41,238 nt of DNA, from NCBI GenBank assembly GCA_016177265.1, contig JACOVP010000020.1, positions 1-41,238 on the forward strand, read 5' to 3'. Numbering within the stretch: position 1 is the first letter of the stretch; each line of letters opens with the position of its first letter. The DNA comes from Candidatus Woesearchaeota archaeon. Its GTDB lineage: Archaea > Nanobdellota > Nanobdellia > SCGC-AAA011-G17 > UBA489. Both the position numbers and the translations under genes were made by a program. Below, in pieces: positions 19,701-27,649 of the stretch. Below the pieces are notes generated by a model. That model was not told the origin of the DNA. It did no database searches and worked only from the letters and a program-made list of their open reading frames with translations.

Positions 19701-21381
19701 TACTATGCTTGACGCAGTGAACATTACCGCAACACAAGAAACAGGAGAAGGAGATTTCCAACTCTTCCAAGATGGTGTTTTGATTAATGAAGGACAAACA
19801 CTGCTCAGCAACAGCACCAACTTCACTGGAGAAGGCGACTTCAACATCACGTCCTTCCACCCAGACACGGAAAACTTCACCACGAACTTCACCACCTTCT
19901 ACGTCATCAGCAGAGAGAATATCACGCCTGTCATAAATCTCACTGATCCCCTAGACAACAATGTTACGCTGATTACAGATAGTTCAACGAACCTTACTTT
20001 CTTGTCCAACGCGACAGACAATATCCAATTAGCGAATGCTACGCTGTACCACAATCTTTCTGGAACTTTCGAAGCGAATGAAACAGTCTTTATTGACGGC
20101 ATCTTCAATGAAACAGCTTTCTCACTCAACATAGCGCCCACTACATCATTTATCTGGAATGTCCTCTACTGTGATAATGCTACGAGTCCCAATTGCGCCT
20201 TTGGTGACACGAATTTTACTGCTACCGTAGAACGAGATACGCAAGCTCCCATAGTCAATCTGACCGATCCATTAAACAACAATATCACCAGCACGGACAC
20301 GACAGCAAATCTCACGTTCTTGTCTAATGCAACCGATAACCTTGAACTAGCCAACGCCACGCTGTACCACAATCTTTCTGGAACTTTCGAACAGAACCAA
20401 ACCACAGACATTAATGGCACCTTTAATGAAACTGCGTTCTCCATAGATATAGCACCTACAACAACCTTCATTTGGAACGTGCTCTACTGTGACGCAGCAG
20501 GCAACTGTGATTTTGCAGTAGATAATTTCACAGCAACCGTCCAACCAGATACAGTAGCGCCAATCGTCGAGGCCATTGATGGACCAGGCGGCAACACTAT
20601 TAGTGATCAATCCGTCACGGAAGATAATATCACAGACTTAGAAGTCACGTTCACCGTCACCGATGACAACGGAGTTGCAGATTTAGACTTCTCCACCGTC
20701 AACATCACTCTCTACAACAGCACATATATCACAACCGATGTCAACTACTTCAGCCAGAATACGTCCTGCAATAATAATGAAAATATTTCAGCCACGCAGG
20801 CGAACTTCACCTGCAACATCGAAATCAACTACTGGTACACGGCAGGAGACTGGAATATCACTGCAGGAGTAACAGACATCTCAGGTTTCAGTAGCGAAAA
20901 TGCCACGAATATGTCGATCCAAGAAACCACAGCCATCGCCATCTCGCCAACGAGTATCACCTTCCCAGAACTGACCTTGGGAGCAGAAAACATCACCTCA
21001 GACACCGATCCTATTACTATCAACAACACTGCCAATGACTACATCGATCAAAACAACACGAGAGTCACTGGTTTAGATCTCGTGGGCGAGGTAACTGATA
21101 CACAAGCCATCACGGCAGAGAACTTCACGGTCAGCGAAAGCACAGGTGAAACTCCCCCCGTAGAATGCTCCAATATTGGCGATGATTTAAATAACTCGCG
21201 CCTGATCAACAACACTGCAATAAATGTCAATATGTCAGTCTTGCCCGCGGGCAATCGCAGTATCGCTAATGAGGGTGTCGAGCAGATCTACTTCTGTATT
21301 CCTCTGGTCCCCGATACGCTGTTGCCTCAAGCCTATTCCACCCTCAACAGTACCACAGGATGGACGGTATCGGTGATTTAA
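16753..21381 (+). CDS. Large secreted modular surface glycoprotein (1542 aa)
   Basis: Signal peptide, two Cys-rich repeats, shared N-module ending FDHIVDP, Ig-like repeats, dense N-x-S/T sequons, shared C-terminal domain ending GWTVSVI; no C-terminal TM. Confidence 0.85.
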   Translation: MTHKSLKKRLVFFLSLVSLVFYPQINIAEENVPQQIQMLETVKNDGPTTADNEITFTGQCNGQDTKLIICRSSATLCDMGTLPGDLLCLSARTNETEKSCSYTPTLEEAGEHAGYSATCCDLQEKCAENQTTVDTWVINAQNSLIIKDDNGLQVPAAIEQQDTSTILSFTSQPIVKITFTNLEGNQIGLSQTTRGIIPPEGVEFSKVYGIDLEQVSFTEATLYATAEGSSLYVCKFWDFTLSTCIGSWEAVKKLNQNEEYTFNLQKSSFGFAETTTSQEQIVEREEPSKQITSPPKQKIEEQTSIDPELLLEPIKEAQNEPFPVEIGKVSSNGPIAAGSLITFTGSCTGENTRLLLCRSTATSCGLNTLPGNIICLSARTNESEKSCSYSAIEEDLGEHKEDTAVCCTEEYGCTSKIILIEPWTVTAPPEIIREEAKESEEDIQEQAEINKPVKWIKRVRYLENASNVTVKIHPRAADIKVHKVANKVKEELKLDKWEKNERPQETEILIKEPIQQADIEYSTAPPTIAEEVINDYKKKVVIGSDIHYTNILAYIDIHEAQQNRIRLYHVQNEAKTPVQITEYQDTNKNGLIDRIMWVVPGLSTETYIIEITKADHLDNNREFISDIYEEVRELDGNWSETIPNQHYVRVTFEKNLTNENDITVYPRIVSGNPRIEIYEVNGNDIIAEFTSLSQNQYNKVLLTNLQGSQDTFDLKVQGGSLQFDHIVDPPAKIVDNSFGCDKTSIQVGETTNCTGDYGNAGDSFLTACSLQINNEITLEFSNVCGANNLRVSAIDVSQASAASCTDNGNGTVNCVNWPSTADNVVINWTLEGCAVSTANTLDTESVDCNDQFNNNALDIEVTAGADTTPPTYSNIEFDPANASSYSVTQYYEFNVTWTDNVQIDTAYIVFDDVNYSAGDIYNLSSVYSFNRTGLSVGREHNYTWFANDSNDNENQTELQSYTVVQAEPGVNLTLDGNDANLTITMLDAVNITATQETGEGDFQLFQDGVLINEGQTLLSNSTNFTGEGDFNITSFHPDTENFTTNFTTFYVISRENITPVINLTDPLDNNVTLITDSSTNLTFLSNATDNIQLANATLYHNLSGTFEANETVFIDGIFNETAFSLNIAPTTSFIWNVLYCDNATSPNCAFGDTNFTATVERDTQAPIVNLTDPLNNNITSTDTTANLTFLSNATDNLELANATLYHNLSGTFEQNQTTDINGTFNETAFSIDIAPTTTFIWNVLYCDAAGNCDFAVDNFTATVQPDTVAPIVEAIDGPGGNTISDQSVTEDNITDLEVTFTVTDDNGVADLDFSTVNITLYNSTYITTDVNYFSQNTSCNNNENISATQANFTCNIEINYWYTAGDWNITAGVTDISGFSSENATNMSIQETTAIAISPTSITFPELTLGAENITSDTDPITINNTANDYIDQNNTRVTGLDLVGEVTDTQAITAENFTVSESTGETPPVECSNIGDDLNNSRLINNTAINVNMSVLPAGNRSIANEGVEQIYFCIPLVPDTLLPQAYSTLNSTTGWTVSVI
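19915..20550 (+). repeat. Internal tandem duplication of a ~106-aa Ig-like module
   Basis: PVINLTDPLDNN...LANATLYHNLSGTFE...FIWNVLYCD occurs twice; identical 33-mer at 20041-20073 and 20359-20391. Confidence 0.85.
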
Positions 21382-21382
21382 G

Positions 21383-24300
21383 ATGAACTTTTCATATCAG
21401 AAAAAAAAGAGAAACGTCTTTTTACTAATCATAGGTCTCTTTTTAGCATTCACAGTTGGGGCAGAGAATCATGATATTAATCAAGAACCTCATGTAGGAA
21501 CAGTAACAAGTAATGGCTCTGTTATTGAAGGCACGCCAATTACATTTATGGGAACTTGTCAAGGAGAAAACACTCAACTAGTTGTTTGCCAAGAAAATAC
21601 GATCTGCAGTACACAATCTAATCAAGAAGATATAATTTGCTCCTCAGAGTTTACAGATGATGCAGAGAAAGAATGTGTATATATAACAACCAAGGAAGAC
21701 TTATCAATTCATAATAATGACATTGCCACCTGTTGTAATGGAGAAGGTATTTGTGATTCCAATGTTGTGGCAGTTCCTCCTTGGATGGTCCTCGATGAGC
21801 AAGCTACATCACAAATAATAATTTTAGATGATGAAGATAATCTTGTTCCGGCAACAGTTACACAACAAGACACAGAAACTGATATAATTTTTATAAATCA
21901 ACCGATTACAAAATTGCAGTTTAGTGTTTTTGAAGGAAATAAGATTGGTTTAAGTCAAGCGACACGAGGGATTATTCCACCAGAAGGCATAGAGTTCGCA
22001 AAAGTTTACAGCCTAGATGTAGAAGAAGTAAATTTCACTGAAGCAACGTTGTATGCCCTAGCGCAGGGCGCATCACTCTATCTCTGTAAGTTCTGGGACT
22101 TTACATTGAGCACTTGTGTAGGCTCCTGGGATGTAATAAAAAACATTGAACCAAATACAGAATACACTTTCAACCTGCAAAAAGGTTCATTCGGCTTTGC
22201 TGAAGCTATAACAGAAGCACAGCCAGCAGTGCAGCCAGTGATTGAACAGCCTCCTGAAGAGCCAGTCAAGGAGCCGGTTGTCGAAGAACCAATCATCATT
22301 GAAGAGCCAGTTCCAGAAATAAATATAGAAGGTCCTATCACCAATAATGGCCCAGTAGAGCAAGGGCAAGAAATAATATTTTCAGGAATATGCAAAAGCA
22401 ACCAACCAACACAAGTAGTCATCTGTCGAGATAATATTGTTTGCAATGCAGAAACTTCCAAAGAAAATGTGTTGTGCACTTCTGTGCAGTCCCCAGATGA
22501 ACGTAAGTCATGTGCTTATAGTACAACTACAGAAGACATTGGAGAAAATGTAGACTCTATTGCTACATGCTGTACCACTGAAGGCAGCTGCGCAGCAGAA
22601 ACTAAATCTCTAGAATCATGGGCAGTGACAGCCCCTCTAAAAATAATACAAGAAGAGATAAAAGAGTCAGAAGAAGATATCCAGGAGCCAGCAGAGATCA
22701 ATAAACCAGTGCATTGGAAGAAAAAAATAAAGCTTAAGCAGGATATGAAGGACCTTACTGTTACTATCCCTTCCACAAGCACCAACATTACTATTCTTAA
22801 ACGAGAAAATGAGCTTCTCCAAGAATTACAGACCGAACAGTGGAGTCTTCTTGAGAAAGAAAAAGAGAAAGAAATAACCATCAATATACCAGTAAATGAT
22901 GTTGAGTTAGATTATGTTACAGAACCGCCACAGGTAAGTGAATCTGAATTGAGTCCGCACAAAAAACAAGTTACCGTGAGCTCGGATCTGTCCTACACGA
23001 ATATCACCTCGTATACCATCATTCCAGAGACACCAGAGAAAAAACTGCGGCTCTTTTGGATGGTCAATGAATCACGGCAACCAGTAGATAATGTACGATA
23101 TCTCGATACCAATGGCGATAGGCTCATTGATCGGATTGAATGGTTTATTTCCCATTTAAGCAATCAGACCTATGAAGTCATTATGGTGACGAAAGCGGAT
23201 CATCTAGATGAGAATAAAGTGTTCTTGTCCGATGTCTACAACGAGGTCAAGCAATTGGATAATGTTTGGAGTGAAACCATTCCAGAAACCCATTACGTTC
23301 AAGTGACGTTTGGCACACCCCTGACAGCAAGACACGATATTTCTATCTATCCACGCATAGTGGGTGGTAATCCAAAGATTATAGTCTATGAAGTCAATCA
23401 ATCGGAAGTGCTGGCGGAATTCTCTACCATCACAGCAAACCAGTACAATAAAGTCTTTTTAGAGAATCTCAACGGAACGCAAGAGACGTTTGATTTGCAG
23501 ATTCTTAATGGTGCTGTTGAGTTTGATCATATTGTTGATCCAACGCTCACTATTTCTAATATAACCACTCTCTGCGGTGAAGTCACTGCTTATGACACCA
23601 TTGTGGTCACGGAAACAGGTGAGCTGGAAATTTGTCTTATGAATGGAACTGGCACGAATAGCAATACTGGTTTTGTGAACATTACCTTGGGATCTGTAGG
23701 AAATTTCTCTGTCGCTGCAGGCGGGATAGTGAATGGCACTGGTGGCGGTGCTGAAGGTGGCGCGGGTACAAATTCAGGCTGCGCAACCCAGGGAGATAAT
23801 GGTCAGAATTATACGAATGGAGTGGCTCTTTGTAGTCCGAATGGTGGAGGCGGTGGAGGAGGAAGTGATGCTACTTCTACTGCCGAGACCGCTGGAGGTG
23901 GTGGAGGGGGATTTGGAGGCGCTGGCGGTACTGGTGGGAAGTCTGCAACTGGTGGTACAGTGGGCGCGGCAGGTGGAACGTATGGAGATGCTGAAGAACA
24001 AGAGCTCAATACATCTGGTTCCGGTGGTGGTGGTAGTTCAGATGACGCTGGAGTTAGAGGAGGTTCTGGTGGCGCTGGTTTTAGGGTTGACGCTGGCAGC
24101 GGCGAGATTAATATTCAAGGCACTATTAATGTGAGTGGGGAAGATGGCACAGATGCCGCGGGAAACGCGGATCGGGCGGGAGCAGGCGGAGGAAGTGGCG
24201 GTCATGTTATCCTGATTGCGAAAAAATTAAATCTTAATGCAGGTGCTATTTACGCGGAAGGGGGAAGAGGAGGCAATGGAGGCACTACCGCTGATGGTTG

Positions 24301-25930
24301 TGGTGGTGGAGGCGGTGGCGGAGGAAGAATTGTCTATGTCTATGATAATATTACCGAAGACAGCCTTATCAATTCAACAGATGGTGGTGACAGAGGCAAT
24401 AGCCCAGACACTGGTCCTTGTGCGGCCCTGCCAACGTTAGGTACCAACGGAACAGTCTTCTATAATCAATCAACGTTCGCGGATCTTTCACCACCAATAG
24501 CTGACCCTAATAGTATAGTTTTCGATCCAATCAATGAAACAAATTACACGCTTACACAATTCTACGAATTCAATGCCACATGGACAGATGATGTGGAAGT
24601 AGACAATGTCTTCATCACGTTCAACGAAACGAACTACAGCTTTGCAAAAGGAGAAGTCTACAACAGTTCAGAGACACCAACCGTCTTCTCCTTCAACCAG
24701 ACAGGATTGGCAGCGGCAGAATATAACTACACGTGGTTCGCCAACGATTCTAGTAACAACGAAAACCAGACAGACTTGCAGTTTGGATACATTGTCGCGC
24801 GAGCGGAGCCTGAAGTGAACTTGACCTTAAATGATACCATAAATAACATCACCATCATAGTCAGCGATGCGGAAGTCAATCATTCTGCCTCGTTAATTAC
24901 AGGTGACTCTGAAGCAACCGTCCAGATCCTTCAAGACGGAGTAGCCATGGTGACAGAAGGCGCCTCTCCTACCATCAGCAACGTCACCAACTACACAGCA
25001 ACAGGAACCTACAATATCACTGTCCTGTATCAAACCTCGGAAAATTATACCACGAACTTTACGACGCTCTTCGTCGAGGTCACTGCAGCAGCTGGAGGCA
25101 ACACTGCACCAGTCGTTGAAGCGATTGATGGCCCAGGTGGTAATACCATCTCATCTCAATCAGTAACAGAAGATGGCATCACTGACCTAGGAGTCACCTT
25201 CACCATCACAGATGCAGAAGGAGTTACAGACTTAAATGCAACAGAAATAAACATCACGCTCTTCAACACCACCTATATCACGACCGATGTCAACTACTTT
25301 AGCCAAAACACCTCGTGCGACAACATCAACAACATCTCATCAACACAGGCGAACTTTACGTGCAACATAGAGATCAACTACTGGTACACAGCAGGAGAAT
25401 GGAATCTCACCGTTGGAGCAACTGACATTGCTGGTGCAAGTAGCGAAAATGCTACCAATATAAGCATCGGAGAGACAACAGCTATTGTTATTGACCTAAC
25501 GTCACTGACATTCCCGCAATTGATTTTAGGGGCAGAAAACACCACCTCAGACAACGATCCTATCACCATCAACAACACAGCCAATGACTACATCGATCAA
25601 AACAACACGAGAGTCACTGGTTTAGATCTCGTGGGCGAAGTAACTGATACACAGGCCATCACGACAGAGAACTTCACGGTCAGCGAAAGCACAGGTGAAA
25701 CTCCGCCCGTAGAATGCTCCAATATTGGTGATAATTTAAATAACTCGCGCCTGATCAACAACACTGCAATAAATGTCAACATGTCAATCTTATCCTCAGG
25801 TAATCGTAGTATCGCGGGAGAAGGCGTCGAGCAACTGTATGTGTGCATTCCTATAGTTCCCGATGGACTCCTGCCCCAGGCCTATTCCACGTTAAATGGT
25901 ACAACAGGATGGACAGTATCTGTGGTATAA
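21383..25930 (+). CDS. Large secreted modular surface glycoprotein with glycine-rich domain (1515 aa)
   Basis: Paralog of the upstream gene over the N-module and C-terminal domain; central GGGGG-rich domain (about 23690-24450); ends GWTVSVV. Confidence 0.85.
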   Translation: MNFSYQKKKRNVFLLIIGLFLAFTVGAENHDINQEPHVGTVTSNGSVIEGTPITFMGTCQGENTQLVVCQENTICSTQSNQEDIICSSEFTDDAEKECVYITTKEDLSIHNNDIATCCNGEGICDSNVVAVPPWMVLDEQATSQIIILDDEDNLVPATVTQQDTETDIIFINQPITKLQFSVFEGNKIGLSQATRGIIPPEGIEFAKVYSLDVEEVNFTEATLYALAQGASLYLCKFWDFTLSTCVGSWDVIKNIEPNTEYTFNLQKGSFGFAEAITEAQPAVQPVIEQPPEEPVKEPVVEEPIIIEEPVPEINIEGPITNNGPVEQGQEIIFSGICKSNQPTQVVICRDNIVCNAETSKENVLCTSVQSPDERKSCAYSTTTEDIGENVDSIATCCTTEGSCAAETKSLESWAVTAPLKIIQEEIKESEEDIQEPAEINKPVHWKKKIKLKQDMKDLTVTIPSTSTNITILKRENELLQELQTEQWSLLEKEKEKEITINIPVNDVELDYVTEPPQVSESELSPHKKQVTVSSDLSYTNITSYTIIPETPEKKLRLFWMVNESRQPVDNVRYLDTNGDRLIDRIEWFISHLSNQTYEVIMVTKADHLDENKVFLSDVYNEVKQLDNVWSETIPETHYVQVTFGTPLTARHDISIYPRIVGGNPKIIVYEVNQSEVLAEFSTITANQYNKVFLENLNGTQETFDLQILNGAVEFDHIVDPTLTISNITTLCGEVTAYDTIVVTETGELEICLMNGTGTNSNTGFVNITLGSVGNFSVAAGGIVNGTGGGAEGGAGTNSGCATQGDNGQNYTNGVALCSPNGGGGGGGSDATSTAETAGGGGGGFGGAGGTGGKSATGGTVGAAGGTYGDAEEQELNTSGSGGGGSSDDAGVRGGSGGAGFRVDAGSGEINIQGTINVSGEDGTDAAGNADRAGAGGGSGGHVILIAKKLNLNAGAIYAEGGRGGNGGTTADGCGGGGGGGGRIVYVYDNITEDSLINSTDGGDRGNSPDTGPCAALPTLGTNGTVFYNQSTFADLSPPIADPNSIVFDPINETNYTLTQFYEFNATWTDDVEVDNVFITFNETNYSFAKGEVYNSSETPTVFSFNQTGLAAAEYNYTWFANDSSNNENQTDLQFGYIVARAEPEVNLTLNDTINNITIIVSDAEVNHSASLITGDSEATVQILQDGVAMVTEGASPTISNVTNYTATGTYNITVLYQTSENYTTNFTTLFVEVTAAAGGNTAPVVEAIDGPGGNTISSQSVTEDGITDLGVTFTITDAEGVTDLNATEINITLFNTTYITTDVNYFSQNTSCDNINNISSTQANFTCNIEINYWYTAGEWNLTVGATDIAGASSENATNISIGETTAIVIDLTSLTFPQLILGAENTTSDNDPITINNTANDYIDQNNTRVTGLDLVGEVTDTQAITTENFTVSESTGETPPVECSNIGDNLNNSRLINNTAINVNMSILSSGNRSIAGEGVEQLYVCIPIVPDGLLPQAYSTLNGTTGWTVSVV

Positions 25931-25947
25931 AAAGGAACATTTATAAA
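25931..25947 (+). promoter_or_regulatory. Internal BRE/TATA promoter for the small paralog
   Basis: AAAGGAACATTTATAAA about 30 nt before ATG 25978. Confidence 0.55.
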
Positions 25948-25977
25948 TAAGGTATACAACATCTAAAGGAAAAAAAG

Positions 25978-27018
25978 ATGGCTAATTGCAAAAAGCAGGT
26001 GTCAAAAAGACAAAAGATAGTATTGGTAATTCTCCTGCTTATACTAGGGTATAATATGCATTTCGTCGCTGCAGATTTTTCAGAGGCATTTACGCAGGCA
26101 GTAACCTCTTTCTTCAGAGGTAATGGTAACCTTATCACGGGCATGCCAACAGCAAGAGAGTCAAATGTTTCAGCTACAGTCGGGAATAACGTTCCAGTAG
26201 TCGAAGCAGTTGATGGTCCAGGCGGTAATTCCATTAGTGCACAAGCTGCTACTGAAGACAACATTACTGACTTGCTAGTAACTTTCGTAGTCAATGACTC
26301 GAATGGGGTAGCGGATATTAATTTGACAGGCGTCAACATCACACTCTATAACAGCACATATATCTCTACTGATGTCAACTACTACAGCTATAATACCTCG
26401 TGCGATAACACTGCCAATCTCACAACAACGCAAATGAACGTCAGTTGCACAATAGAAATCTGGTACTGGTACACGTCAGGAGAATGGAATTTGACAGCGG
26501 GAGTTTCAGACTTTTCAGATGCGGCAGCAGAAAATGCTACTAACTTCACCATCGATGAATCAACAGGCATTGTCATCTCGCCAACGAGTATCACCTTCCC
26601 TAGCCTGACTTTGGGAGCAGAAAACACCACCTCAGACAACGATCCTATCGTCATCAATAACACCTTGAACGACTACATCGATCAAAACAACACGAGAGTC
26701 ACTGGTTTAGATCTCGTTGGTGAAACCGATCCAGGTGCACAAGCCATCACGACAGAGAACTTCACGGTCAGCGAAAGCACAGGTGAAACTCCTCCATTAG
26801 AATGCTCATTTATTGGCGATAATTTAAATAACTCGCGCCTGATCAACAACACCGCAATAAATGTCAACATGTCAATCTTGTCAGCAGGTAATCGTAGCAT
26901 CTCTGGAGAAGGCGTCGAGCAGATCTATGTCTGTATCCCCCTTGTCCCTGAAGGTCTTGTAGCGCAAACGTATTCTACAGCAAATGGCACAACAGGATGG
27001 ACAGTATCGGTGGTATAA
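25978..27018 (+). CDS. Small secreted protein consisting mainly of the shared C-terminal domain (346 aa)
   Basis: Signal/TM, LITGMPT, then PVVEAVDGPGGN...GWTVSVV homologous to the ends of both large proteins. Confidence 0.85.
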   Translation: MANCKKQVSKRQKIVLVILLLILGYNMHFVAADFSEAFTQAVTSFFRGNGNLITGMPTARESNVSATVGNNVPVVEAVDGPGGNSISAQAATEDNITDLLVTFVVNDSNGVADINLTGVNITLYNSTYISTDVNYYSYNTSCDNTANLTTTQMNVSCTIEIWYWYTSGEWNLTAGVSDFSDAAAENATNFTIDESTGIVISPTSITFPSLTLGAENTTSDNDPIVINNTLNDYIDQNNTRVTGLDLVGETDPGAQAITTENFTVSESTGETPPLECSFIGDNLNNSRLINNTAINVNMSILSAGNRSISGEGVEQIYVCIPLVPEGLVAQTYSTANGTTGWTVSVV

Positions 27019-27019
27019 A

Positions 27020-27649
27020 ATGAACAACGCACAATATATACAAAAAGTACTCCTCATGATAGGGCTAATAACATTAGCAAGTAGCGTTGTTGCTGCGTTT
27101 GGTGTGACGGCTCCTTACTGGAAAGGAAGCCCTCTAACGCTCACTCCTGGTGAAACAAGAGAAATAACATTTACCTTGCAAAATATGGTGGGGGACGACG
27201 ATCTTCGTGTTCGAGTTGAACTTCTTCAGGATAAAAGATATGTAGAACTTATCGACACAGAGACAGAATATGAAATCCCAGCAAAAACCAAAGATATCCC
27301 TGTTCGCATCAGGATAAAAATTCCCATAGATATACAGCTTGGAACTACATTTCCCATACGACTGTCGTTTACCAGCACCTCTAAACTAGGAAGCCAGCAA
27401 GTCCAGCTTGGAACAGGCATTGAGAAAACATTTGATGTCATCATTGAGGGAGGAGAACCTGCAAAACAAGTAGCAGAAACACCAGCAGAAAAGCCATCAG
27501 CCCAGCAATATCAACTTCTGAGAAAACCGGCAACACCTGCTCTAATTGTCTTAATCATGGTCTTTATCCTCTGGTTTGTCCTCAGAAAACACAGAAAAAA
27601 ATTGCAGGAAAGGAAAGAATCCTCTGCTGACAACAATGCAAGATGGTAA
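27020..27649 (+). CDS. Membrane-anchored single Ig-like-domain protein
   Basis: Signal peptide, FGVTAPY...LTLTPGETREITFTLQN beta-sandwich pattern, C-terminal TM plus basic tail; ATG at 27020, 1 nt after the upstream stop, preferred over 26984. Confidence 0.75.
   Translation: MNNAQYIQKVLLMIGLITLASSVVAAFGVTAPYWKGSPLTLTPGETREITFTLQNMVGDDDLRVRVELLQDKRYVELIDTETEYEIPAKTKDIPVRIRIKIPIDIQLGTTFPIRLSFTSTSKLGSQQVQLGTGIEKTFDVIIEGGEPAKQVAETPAEKPSAQQYQLLRKPATPALIVLIMVFILWFVLRKHRKKLQERKESSADNNARW

Larger units (their letters stand above)
21031..26880 (+). repeat. Three near-identical ~200-bp coding tracts in the shared C-terminal domain
   Basis: 21031-21237 versus 25580-25786 differ at about 7 positions by eye; a third, somewhat more diverged copy lies at about 26671-26880. 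Confidence 0.85.

Noticed and set aside
20548..27018. Diversity-generating retroelement (TR/VR) among the AAC-rich repeated C-termini
   Set aside because: All copies are in-frame coding sequence, mismatches are mostly synonymous and not adenine-specific, and there is no reverse transcriptase in the window. AAC richness reflects Asn sequons.
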